Positions 24,688 through 38,500 of a DNA stretch of 64,000 nucleotides are shown here, piece after piece (within the stretch, counting starts at the first letter, position 1; every line of letters starts with the position of its first letter). Below the pieces are notes generated by a model. That model searched no databases, had not been told where the DNA came from, and saw only the letters and a list, made by a program, of their open reading frames with translations. This stretch comes from Tubiluchus corallicola. Taxonomy: Eukaryota > Animalia > Priapulida. The DNA is taken from positions 372,001-436,000 of the forward strand of contig JAQGDQ010000012.1 of the NCBI GenBank assembly GCA_030141605.1. Direction: 5' to 3'. A program made the position numbers and the translations under genes.

Positions 24688-27600
24688 TTAAATGGTACTT
24701 TCAGCAGCTCCAGCAAGACTGTTTCTATTACAAGGAGATGCTACAGAATTAGACGATTTCTCTCGTCGCTGTGCAGAAGATGCACGCGAAAATGAACGAT
24801 CCAGTGTGGCAGAGCTACTAGCACCTTCAAGTGACATTCGTTTCCGAGTGCCTCTGGTAAAACTGCGATCCAATGTAGCCGCTCCGCTTTCTATAATCCG
24901 CCTCCTATCATCTAAGAAAGGAAATTGAAAAGAATGTTATGAAATCACAGTAAATGCAGAAAACGTTTTGATTCATTAACACACTTTTATGGCATGAAAA
25001 TTTACAGTCAGTCGGGGTCGAATTTATAAGGGGATAATTGCTCTGGGTCACCTGCCATGGACCTCAAAAGTTCTAACGGTTTATACATATTATAATAATT
25101 CAGATTAAATTAAAGGGACGTGCCTACCGTCAACACCTTTTTATCAATGGTAAAAATAAATCAAATAATGTTATATTTAAGTTTTTGATTGTATCATTGT
25201 TTTGCATTATACTTTTAGATACATCATACTACTTTAAAAACTTATTTACATAGACATAACAATTTATGAATACTATATGAATTATTGCTTATTGTTATTT
25301 CTATTCTGACTGTCACAAAATTTTAATATTTATTTCTTCATTGGGACCACCATGTCTTTCTTTATATGGATCAGATGTCTAGGAATGGGAGCCGATGACA
25401 AGATGCATTTATTTTGTTTAATTTCTATGTGGAGGAACCCCAAAGCTAAAGTTCCCCATGGTCTAAATACGTTATATTTTAATCAAACAAAAACACGGGT
25501 AAATAAACTACTAGAAGAAAATCCTTTCTTCACAGCAGGGAGCAGCACTGGAGTGGTTGGCAAAATAGAAACAACCGGTAATACGACGTTATAAATTTTA
25601 TCTTTGTTAAATTAACAATAGAAATAGAGTAGAAGAGCCACATATTACAATAACATAAATGATATTCACAATATGTTGAATACTATGAATTACAAAGCAT
25701 GTGAAAATTTAGAAATTTTATAATGAAAATTACGAAACAAGTTTAACTACTTTAAAAAATACCAAAGTTTAATTTTTTGACAGCAGGCAGCAGCACAGAG
25801 CACTGGCTGGATATTTTTTGGAACCTGGGAACCCAGTGTTTCATTTAATTTTTGTATGCCAAATTGGAATTGCAGGATGGCAGTAACGAAGATTACAATT
25901 CCACATCTGGGGGACGGTACGGCGTGAACAGTAACAGTATACAAAAACAATTGGCATCAACATATGGAACGTGCAATGTTTTAGAATGTTCACACACCCT
26001 AATGATCAGCAACGAAGCGTGATAGAACGTTAAACACGACATAAACTGTAGGTGACATGTTAATAATATGGTGTACCTACCCAAAACTCCAGCAGAATGA
26101 CTTTTACTAGGAGGTGTGTAACGAAAGGCTGGCATGTGGTGCACCCAGTGTTTAGATGAACCTGCTACACTGCTGGAAGCCATACTTCGTCTCTGAAAAA
26201 ATACACGTCACACTCTTGCTCAGATTCTTAAAAAATAAAAATATGCAAACAGAAACTTTCAAAATGTATTTTAATAACTTTTATCCAGTTTAGTTTTTTT
26301 TGTATTGCATTTTCTAAGCTTCAATGGAGCAAGATTATGTAGAAAGAAGACATACTTGTTAAAGAACACTTTATGAATGTCTTTTAAATAATTGTCAAGT
26401 GATTTTACAGCTAAAAAATTTACCTGACCTTACAGGACATTAGAAAATATTTGAATGCTATTATTATTTGTTAAAAAATTCCTGAAAATAGACAAGCACC
26501 CAGTAAAGTTACAAAAAACTAAAATAAAATAAACATTTGAACAATCTAATCATCTACCTGAATAAGTGCTAGTGGTATCATAATTTTAATTCGAGCTCAT
26601 ATTAAAATTGTGTTGTAAATTATTAACGTTATGTTTGGTGGACCTATATTGCGAATGCTATAAACGCGGAAACATATTACATTCCTGTAAAATGTCATCT
26701 TCTCTGGTTTATCCTGGTTTGATGTATTACAAAAGCAACCAGTTAATTTAAACAGCAACTTATAATTGATCAGTTGTCTAAAAAACATTTAGTACCTGAT
26801 AAAATAAGATGTAAGCAGATTTGTTCATAGCATCTTCTTCTGAAACAGACTTGACCCTCTGATCATCATATAGGTACCACTTACTATTAGCAGGATTTCG
26901 ACATATTGCTAAAACACAAAAAAACAGTGCAAAACTATTACTGCAAAATGTGTAATACTAATAGTTGTTTTTTTGTGTTTGAATGAATGAACAATATTAT
27001 GCAAAAAGACGTGAACATGTAAGCAAATTCCAAACACCTTAAAACTGAATAAAACCGCTTGTCGATCAAATTTGTTTCATACCTAGTAAAAGCTCTGCTC
27101 CCAAGATTTGGCAAATTCCTTTTAGGTTCCCGTAGAACCTTCCTCACACATAGGAAATAATTTTGTGACAAAAACTTCCAGTCCTTACCTGTATAATGTC
27201 CACCAGTTAACGTTCCAATATGGTTGCATATGCCGTACAGGTCGTAAGTAAAATCATCAGGACTGGGTGCATGTTTTTGGTGGGATGTTCGTTTCCATGG
27301 TGACCAGGTGTTATAATGATTGTTGTCTGTGCTAGTCCGTGGAGCCACATGTTTTGACATATCTAGGCCATATATGGGATATTCGACTAGAGTGTTCAAC
27401 TTGACTCCCTGAGATGTTAGCTGCAGAACAAAATAAACTACATGTGTAATAATTTGTTGTTATGGTGCTGCTACATTCTAAAAAAATACGGCAACAGCAC
27501 ACCTCATCTGTTGTTACTGCTCACAATGCAACATCCCTCAAATCTAGAGTCGTATTTGATAAATCTTTTTGCAGTATATCTATACACGTGTAATAATTAG

Positions 27601-30600
27601 TGAGAGCCAAATGTTTGCTAGTGGGAAAATACAGAATTTTCAAATTCATCAAAAAGATAAGAACTAATCTAGAAAAAAGAAAAATTAACAGTTACATTTA
27701 TAATCTATTGAATTTAACTGTGGTAGCCACAATTCTGTATAATCAGTACATGTAGTAATAGCAACATCAAAGGAAATTATAGCACAGGTTATTTGAACTA
27801 TTTTGAATATCTGCCATGTTGAACTATAGAAAACTATTAGCAGCAGAAGATATTTTGAGAGTGACTTAAAATAGTTTTATTAACCTAAAATATGTCATCG
27901 ATTTATATTAAAATATGTCATGGCAACAGTGCCATTAATTGCGGCTCTAACTGTCATTAGCTGATCTGATTAATGTAATGGACAGTTTACATTTTTGGTT
28001 ACCTTATAGGAAACAAATTGGAACCTAATGAGCTATTTAAATTTAGATTAGTACACCACAGAGATAATGTTTCAAAGCTAACTGTGTGCATGACATGCTT
28101 GGCAAACAACAAGTTGTGGCATATTTTCTCTTATCTTACAGACAAGACACATTTACTTATAATTGCATAAGCCGAGCTACACAATAAAAAACAAATGATC
28201 TCAGTAAACATTATAGACTACAAATTTGGCCATGCTACACACAATGCGGTCTTCCCAGTAATATGCCGCATTCAGCGCCACTGCACCATACGAATGCACA
28301 TAGACTGCTCTGCCGCATTACACCATGCAGGCTACTTTACGGCCTCGGACCATAAAGGCCATAAGATCATACTGCTGCATTTAAATTTCTAACTGCTTCA
28401 TTACACAGTTTAGCTCTATTGCACTATAAAAATTGTTCAGCTGTATCACCCAGTTCCAGACTTCTAGCCATGATGAATAGTAATAGATACTCAGCTATGG
28501 TGTGCCAAGTAGTAGAACATCTACCCTCACAGGTAACATCATACTTTTCAAACACAACAGAGAATCTTTTTACTGTACCAACTTCCAGTGCATCTTATAA
28601 CAAAATAATTCCGTAAATGTATAAGACTCTACTTTTTGTCAGTCAATGAGTAATTCCTACACAATACCTGTTGGAATCGTTTGAGATGTATAACTAGGAT
28701 GTCTGGTAATGTCCACAGGTGCAGACGCTTTGTCGTTCCTGGTCCGCCTTTTTTACAGTTTGGACACCGCCATGCATTTTTGTCATCCAACTGCAAAAAT
28801 ACGTGTGTATACAGTCATTAGTAACAAGATAATACAGAAACAGCCGAAACAAACTCTTTTTTTCATGTGCTTAGTAAAATCAACGCTTTTGCAAATTTTT
28901 TTTATCAAATCTTTCATAAATTTGCAGCAGAGATACAAGTCTGGATTATATTACTGCTGAATACATACTTAGGTATTTTGTATTCATCAAACAGAAATTA
29001 AAATGGTGCATAATCTATTTGTCATTGTTTGTTATTTTTTTAATCTACAATTTCATTTGGTAAATAGGAATGTCAACCATAAAACTGTTTACGCTGCCTA
29101 CAGGAACCAAATCGTACTGGCCTGGAAAAGGTCCGATCTCAAGGTGCATTAAATGTGTAAGTGAAAATGAGTGAAAATCAAAATTTTAATGAAAAATTTC
29201 AGGTGCTCAGATAAGAACTAGCAGGAATTTTTATCACATTTCTGCAGAGGCAATTTCAAACAATATATCAAGTGGATTTTCATGTCTTGGAACCACTGTA
29301 CTCATTAGAATGATAACAAGCAGGCAAAAAGTAAGGAAAGAACCAAGTAAGCAAGCATATAAATAAACAAGCAAGCCTGTACATAGAAACATTATGTCCA
29401 TACTAATTGGCTATGCACACCTGCACTATGAAAAGGCAAGATATTTTAACCAGATGGTAAAACAGCTTGGAACAGTACAGCAGATGAAACCGCCCAAAAT
29501 TTTGGAATGTCACCCATCTATTTACTGACCAGGCACTGCTTAACTAAGTAAGCACGCACAAAACAACTAGCCAAGCAGAGATTGAATTGGTAAATTGAGC
29601 CCATCGTTTTCAGTTTGCTAACTAGATGAGAAGAAATGGACTTTTGTAAGTTTAAACATTAAACAGTGAAAGTACCAGAATTAAGTTTGAAAGAAATGCT
29701 CTTTGCAATGATCAGCATGAACAGCATGCCATCCAAAGACTCTGGTTCAGTTCCAGCACTAGAAAAAGACTTTCTTGCCAATTTAATTGTTGTAGTCCAT
29801 TAAGTTGTTTTTGTAATAAGGCATTTATGAATTCATGAAATGGACCTAAATACACCATACACAACATGGTACATTTCATTCTAATATAACTCCAATGTAT
29901 TTTTCCTGTATGTTTCCTTTGCATATTTTTCTTTCTTATTAAGTGCATCTACTAAACTGTCACAAACATTATGCAGACTTTAAAAAAAGGCAGGATGTCC
30001 GTCACGGACACTAAAGTCATGACAATCCAGAACTGGTAAACCATATGATAAAAATAATTGACACGTGAATTACCAGCCCTTATCGAATGGCCTACTGAAA
30101 GCGAGAAGCTAGTAAATAGTTACAAAATAACAAGTCTAACTACGTAAGCTTAATTAAATTAGTGTAAACAAAATGCAATAGCGCATTTAGGCATTAAATA
30201 AGTTAATCTAAAACATTCTAAGATAACAGGAATTACAATAGCGATCTTCAAGATTGCCATAACAATTGCACGAATTCTTTGGTCTATCAAATTAGCCCAA
30301 TTGCACAACGTCACATTTGGCCATCCACAGTTTACGTTAGTGCAATCTCATAGTGAATGCAAATTTAACAGAACCGCTCTTAACCTCATTCGAAAAGGTT
30401 ATGTTGTTGGCACATATATTTTACCCAATAAAGTAAGTCAGTGTACCCTACACATCTGTTTGCAATAAACTACATGTATTTAATTAAAAGCGCGGTTCAT
30501 TTGAAGATCTCAAGGACACGAAGAGACATAAATTAAATGTCAACCAAGCTCGACACCCTAACCCTCACTCTGAACAGTTGAAAATTAATAACACACAAAA

Positions 30601-32517
30601 ATACCCCCTCCCTCCCGAACAGAGTGCCATCTACTTATATTGTCATTAATCATTAAATTAATTAGAATTGAAAACTCATTTATTTCAAGTGCCTGCTGAC
30701 ATTTTCCGGGTACGAGCATAACTTGCCTATAGGCCTACGACGAACGGTCAAGCAAGGGATATCAAATAATTAATAAACAAGTTAGCCGCTTGGATATGAA
30801 AGCATTAAATTCAATATCAAACAACCTATGTAACTAAGGTGCAACACACGCCAGGGTTTCCAATAATCGCTACTCTTGTCGACAGTTTGTCTATCCGTTT
30901 TTGTTTAACAATGTGACAAATACCGCACTTTCACAACATGAATGTTTGACGAAAAATCCAATTCTTTTCGCTCCAAATAAGGCACGATTTTCGTCACTGT
31001 CTCCATTCTACCTACGTTTATCTAATTGATTGCTTGCTTTGATAGGTTGACCACACAGGTATATAATAAAATCGAGTGTGGGTCAGGGCACTGGTTCACG
31101 AGTGTGGCGATGAATTGACAATCATTTCACGATCAAAATTCATTGCCGACAACGGATTAGTAATAAACGAGTGATTCAGTCAATTTCAGTGTTAGTGCAA
31201 GCCGAAACTGGCCAGTATTCAATAAATTGATTCTGAAAGATTCTTCGTAAGTATGTGATGTAATTTAAAAATTAAACACTATTTTGTGACAAATTAGATA
31301 TTAAAACTTATTACTTGTTATAAGTGAAAATGCTGCGACATAATTCAAGGTATAAATAGACAGTGTCAATATTACATTATACTTGGGCTTACAAATCTCA
31401 AAATTTAAAATGTCATTATGGATTAAACGCTTTATTTGAATGGCGAAAAACTAGACGAAAATCACTAATCGATCAGTGCTTTTACTTCTCCTTACGCATA
31501 CATAAGATGCTTAAGCAGTGCATCTGTATGGTCGCTTAACTGGCTTTGTTGATTTAAATCTAGACAACACTGCATATAACATCTCAACTTTTTTGGCAAC
31601 TGGAAGAGAGACGTAACATTTTTTTTATGGTAAGAAGACTGTTTAGTACCATTGGTGAATAACAACAATGATAACATAGTTTGTAAATTAATGCACTCTC
31701 CGAGGCTTAATTTGAATAGTAGTAATGGAAAAGCAACAAGGAGTTGAAATTGCATTATCAAATATTGTCAAACAATAATTCTAGTGATGACTTGCTCTAT
31801 TATCCTGAGAGCCAAGACCTCTAGAGATTGCGTGCTCATCAACTAGTGAGTTTAATTTACTAGCTTGACGCTATTAGCTTATAGCATCGTTATCCAGTGT
31901 AACTGAAAAGGCTGGCTTAAAAACGTGAACATAGATATGCTTGCCATTTTATTTTAGGCTACTATGAACGACCTCCATTATCTGCGAATTTCGTAACCAC
32001 TCAACGTGAAACATTAGTAATAACAATAATATTATTTCAGTTTTACTATTGTCACTAGCTCACGACCCTACACGTAGCGTTACGCAAAATCCTTAACTTA
32101 ATAAAATTATATATCAATATTTTTCTAATGGTATCACTCAAATAAAAAACTTAAAGACTACAGTAGCAACGAGTATTATAACTACAAAGAAATTGTTTTA
32201 CGGAGTGAGCCAGAAAATCTACGGATAGTTACTATTAAAAATACGCTTGTAAAATGTTCTTTCTCTAGGGCAAGCATGTGGATTTTTGTGGCTTTAATAG
32301 CAAATGCAGTCACAGTAGTAATCACTACAAATCAAGCTGACAACGTATGGCGGTCACGTCTAAACCAGGGTAAATACGAAGTTGTATCTTGAATTAGTTT
32401 CTTCCTTTATTTATTTTAACAAACCGCTCTTTTTACTACTTTTTGTTATCTTTATATGGTTTCTTAACCGCTAAAAGTATTTATATATTTCTTAACCACT
32501 AGAAGTATATTTAACAA

Positions 32518-32564
<47 letters not shown>

Positions 32565-35500
32565 TAATAATAATAATAAATGAACAAAATAGAAGTAATT
32601 ATATATAACCCTTAAAACGTAACTACATCCTAATCGGAGAGGTGGCCTGAATACAATGGCAAGGTTAGAAAATTTTGTCTTCATTTACCTTCAAAATGGC
32701 TAAAACATTGATCACAGTGATCAAAGCTCAAGCTAATCCATAAGGGACATAGTAAACAGGCAGACCTGGTAGTTTGCGGTTTGAGACTATCTTGTCGTTT
32801 AAGCTCATTTGCAAAAACAATATCTTTATTAAAATACATGGTGTTTCACATTTTTCGTACAAAGGTTACACAAAAGCTCCAGAAGCTGTTGTGGGTTACT
32901 TCACAACGCAAAGATATGGACCAATTGGTGCTGGTCAGCTCAGTGGACGCGGTAAAAAGGTATCCAAGGTGCAGTATACAAGAGATGGAAAGGCTAGGGG
33001 AAGTCTATACTCAATTGACCAAGCAGAAGCAAAAGAAAAGGCTAAGAAACAACGAGGATATGATTATAACTATGCGTAAGTTCACTGAATCATGGTCACA
33101 TAGCAAACTATCATGCTCAACTATTTATTTCATGATCACACCATTATTTCATATCTGATTATGATTAACCTAAAGGTTATTTCTTTAGATGTCATTCATA
33201 TTTTAAACCCGATGATCTAGAACATACACAATAAAAACCATGATGTATGGACATTCTTGAAATCTAATAATGGGTAAAGAGGTTCACATTTCATTTAAAC
33301 AAAAGAGAAACAACATTAACCTCAAAAATGGACGGCTTTAAAAATGCTTTTCTGGCAACTGAGTTAAAATTCCTTTTGTAATACTCGAAAAGTCACACAT
33401 GAAAAGCTTGATTTTTGTTTGCTGGAAATTTTACTGTTGAGCAAATATGATCCATGGGAACTCTGTATATGCATATCAGTAAATTAGAAGATGTCAAAAT
33501 AACTTAAAAGAGAGACACCATGGTACTAGCATCACACAAATTCTGAACTTTAAGACGTATTTAATTCTGATGTACAGTTGGTTCACATATCTATAATGAT
33601 TTCTGATAACACTCATACATGCCTGGACCCAATACGTTCCCAAGCAAAATGTTCCCAAGTACCATTGCACTCAACTGTTAACAGCCATGCAACTAGCTGC
33701 GATAGTTGTCAAAACTGGGTAAATGTGAAATGCAGCGGCATTCAAGGCTCATTGTATCAGCATGGAATGGACATTTATTTGAAAGTTTCATTCGCTTGTG
33801 ATTACTGTATTTCTACACTACCTATCTTTCTTTTATTTACCGTGAATCTGTTACTTCAGTTCAATGATGTGTAGACAGTTCTAGTGCATTCTTATTTTAT
33901 TTTATTTATTGCTGAGGATGTAGCAAATAAATGTAATTAAACCAAGTCCTTAATATAGACACACCTATTAGCGGTGGCTATTTATTGAGCAGCAATGAAC
34001 TCGAACATTGCCCAGTTTTACAAAGTTGATACAATCAACGCGAACAGCTATAAATTATGAGAGCAACCACAGTTTGGTAGCCAGAATAAGAACTATTTAA
34101 GGCAAAGAATGAATACGGCACTGCGGAACTATAGGGTAAAGCAGTCTTTGATCTGGCATTTTAAGTATATAAAAAATGAATGGCATGCAAACAAATGAGC
34201 AATATGATATGGCTTTTGCTATATGTGTAGATGAAGCTGCATGCAAGTATTTCATTAAGTAACAGCATCTAGCTTCAGGATAAACAAAATGATTCTGTGT
34301 AGCTGTAACCCAAGTCCTTTAAAAATACCTGACACATATTCATCTTCTTATTTTATTTTGCATTTTATTATATAAGCTAGTCTGCATTCAGACATAACAT
34401 TTTGCGACAAACTAAAAATATAGAACCAGTCAGTTCAATAAATTTTGTCAGAAAAGAACCCAAACGGTGATTCTTTTGTCAAAAAAAATTAAATCAGACG
34501 TTAAAGCACCAAGCAAATTTAGTCAGATGTATGGCAATAAATAGAATCAAGACAAGCTTTTATTGTGTGCTATTTTAATGATTTTCAAGTAATACAAAAT
34601 AAGTGAAACACCATTTTTAATTTCTGTGCAACCCTAAGATAGTTAAGTTTTTGTTTTTACCGAATAGCATGCAATCATGCATAATAGTAAACTACAAATA
34701 CACTTTTTAAATTTTTTTCTTTATAGAGAAGGTCACGAGTATGAGCAACCTAGAGAATTATACAAATATGAAGAGGAAGAACCTATATGGGGTACAGCTG
34801 TACGAATTGTACCAAGAGGTAGCCGATACAGACGAGGACGCTCACGGCGAGGATATCGTGCAGGAAGAAATAATGTTGGCAGATCCAGATCTAGAAGCCA
34901 TTACAAACCACATGACACAGTGCAAAGAAATGCAGATGAGCACATTGTTCCACAAAGTTTGACAGGCTATGCAAGGCCAGTTCTTGCTTCACCTGCAACA
35001 AGACAGTACAGCAGGGACAACATCGATGCTCCAGTCACTAATTCCAGACAAAATGACATAATTCCACCTTATAACAGCCAACATGACATATCAAGGAATG
35101 TCAGAGGATACGCAATTCCTTTGAGCAGTTCAAGTCAGCTTGCTACAAATGATGTTGATACTGCTGGAAGATCAACATATAGTAGTCGAACAAACAGTTA
35201 TCAACTTACACCTACCAATCATCTCCTAGGTCTGAGTGGTATATCGTCAGTTAAACAATATGAAACTGATAGTGGACAAAATTATGGCAAACCAAAGTTC
35301 AAGGTTACTGAGCAATCTTCAGAAACAAATTCAATTCTTACAGATCCAAGACATACATTTGAACTAGTCATGGTGCGTGGTACAATGAAAAAAGACACTT
35401 ACATGCAAAATTTTTAATAATTTTTGACAAGAAAGAAACTGCTTGTACTTTACACTATAGTTAAAAATAATAATAAAATTGCAATTGTTAAGATACAATG

Positions 35501-38500
35501 ACGCAAAATTTACAGAATGTGTTACTAGCGATGCAGCTAGAGCCAGACGTAATATTCAGGTTCAAGAAGCATTTTAAAATTTTTGACAAATGGAAAATGA
35601 CTCAAAAGAAAAGATCCCACAAAAAGAAATCTGTCAAAACCCTGAATAATCTTACCTTCTCTGTCTGGGTGTATAAATCAAAACATTCAGAAAGTGACGC
35701 AGTGACTGGCTTCTGATATTTCCGCTTCAATTCCCGCACAGTTACGTGTTCTTCTATCACATCTTCAACACTAGTAAAGACCCTAAAAACAAATTACTTG
35801 ATATAATCAATTTTAAGCTAATTTAACATGCACATATACTGTATAGAAACTTCATTTAAAAATAAATTACATAATTTATTAACACTTACTATAATGTCAA
35901 AGCTTTTTTATCATGCAGTCAGGAAAAAACGAAAACCGGTTAAATAAGTTAAAATCTAACATAAATGTATAAAGTCCAAGAGAGAAGACAAGTTCTTCTA
36001 ATAACTTAAAAATCAAATCCTATAGTTTACAAGTAAGAATGCACATAAGTTTATGGTATCTTTAAGAGAACCAAACCTACCTACAGACAATAATTTTTAA
36101 ATGTATGAAATTAATTTTTGAATATGTTAGCTTGAAAGAATAGTTAAGAAGCACTTGACTAAGAAGTACTTGACTATCTGTCTGAGCAATAACAACAATG
36201 AACAACTGATTGCCTAACACTAAAATCCTAGAAAAGTAGTAACAGGTGAAATGTGTAACACTCAATCTTTAATGATTGTTAGTCACTTCACCAGTGGTAC
36301 GGATGACTAATGGTACAGCTAACCAGCGGTACAGTTCACTAGTGATACATTTCGTCAGTGTCACATATCAAAAGTACACACTAATGTTTCTCTGCTATAT
36401 TATTACCTTATTACTCTAACAAAATGTTTCAGTTTGCCAATAGCACAGATTGTCATGACACACTTTGTCAGTGGTATAATATTCCACCAATAAAATTTCT
36501 CTACTATGTTATTACTTTATTACTTCTAATAAATTGTTTTTGTTCACTAGTAGACCACTTCGCCAGTAAACCGACATCACAGATGAACACTGCAGTTCAC
36601 GATCATGCTTATCACGGTACTGCGCGTATTTGTCAGCCACACGAATGTGACAAAATGGCGCCACTGCCAGTCTTAGCGGATTCGCTGAGACGCATGTAAC
36701 TTTGAAAGTTTAAAAAAATTAGCTATCCATGGTAATTATTATTTAATCTAAGCTTTGATTTAAAAAATAGTTTTCAATATTTTAGAGCATACTTTACTTT
36801 GAACTAATGTCTGAGCAATCGTCCGGTTTTCCTTTAACCAATGTTTTTCAATAACTTCTTCATTTCAGATATCAAATAATATTTAAAATGATCGATCGCT
36901 GGTAAAATGTGAAACCACGGCATGTGTTATAACAATGACAAAAGTACAAGCATAACAGGTACACCGGCAAACTGTACTACTGGAAAAACTGAAACATTTG
37001 TTAAATAGAGAAGTAAATGATATCGAATACAGCAGGAAATTTTCACTGGCAGAATGAAACAATTTGTTAAAGCATAAGGTAATAACATACAGAAAAAATT
37101 TTATTTGCTAACTGTATCGCTAGCAATGTGTAGACTGGCAAACTGAAATGTTTTGTTAAAAATAAGGTAATAACATATAGCTGAAAAATACGTTGCTGGT
37201 GAAAAGTACTGCTGGCAAAGTGTATTACTGAAAAAGTGTGTCACTGGCAAACTGTACCACTGGTGAGATGTCAACTTAAGAAATGGGAGATAGCATCTTT
37301 AATCATTTGTTGTATAGTAATGTGACATTTTCAATTGTATCATGCCAAATTATATCATAGAAAAACTCAAATGATCAAAATATAAAATAGGATAACTTAT
37401 AATACATAATAGACTTACGTCTGTTTAGTTACTGGATCCCACTCTAAATAAAGCTTAACATGAGTTGGATTGCCAAGATTATCACATGACTCTAAGGCTC
37501 TGAAACAAATTTTTAGAAAATATAATGTTTAAAAGCTAATTTCCAACGCGTTATTAAGCATTAAAGTTGCGAAGAATAGATAATAAATAAATAACAGGAT
37601 GACAAACAGTAAGATTTTACTATAGCAAAATCTTAATAAATACTGAAGCCAGGCACCAGTAATGCACTACAACTGAAACGAGCATTTTCTGTGATTTCAA
37701 AATTAGCGTCGGTTCAAAGCAATAAAAAAGCAATAATTAAGCAAAAGCATAATAATGAGCTGCTTCAATTATGTCCTGATTCGGTTAAAGTGCAATTTGT
37801 CTCATTTCATTTATTTTCATTATTTTATTTCTCATTCATTTCAGTTCTTATTAAATCCCTTAATCTATTGAACAAATGAATAAAAATAAACTATACCACA
37901 ATAATCAATATGCAGGCTAATAAGAAATTTACAGTTTTTTGATAAATAAAGTTCAAAAATGATTTCAATTATAATTCGGTTCAGAAGTAACAAAAATAAG
38001 AAAGAAAAGCTGACTCAACACTATAGCACAGAATGTTAGCAATAAAATACTATTCAAATTAAGGAAATGAATGCAGAAAAATCCTGACATCAGCAATTTA
38101 GAATTTTTGTACTATTTGTGCCACTTAAGTACCTGCCGGAGGGGGTGACAGACTGGATCTCAAAAAAAAAACAGAAACACTTAGTGAACTGGCAGAGGTT
38201 GTTTCTTTTTAAAACAGGTTAAAAACATTCTGTCTGTTCTGTGTAAATGTGGGCTTTTTGACTTTTGCAATAAAGATCTTTAGCAGCAAAATTTCTAGCT
38301 GTCACTACCTGTACTAAGTACTATCTGGCTTACAATGTTTAGAAAGTTACAAAGTTATCTGTTACAAAGATAGTATAACAAAAGTACAGAACTATATAAA
38401 ACATCACAAGCACAGAATCATTATAGCAATACCACATGCCTCCGATATCACTTTTGATGCTATTAGAAATAATGACTTGGTTCCAATTGTGTACAATGAG

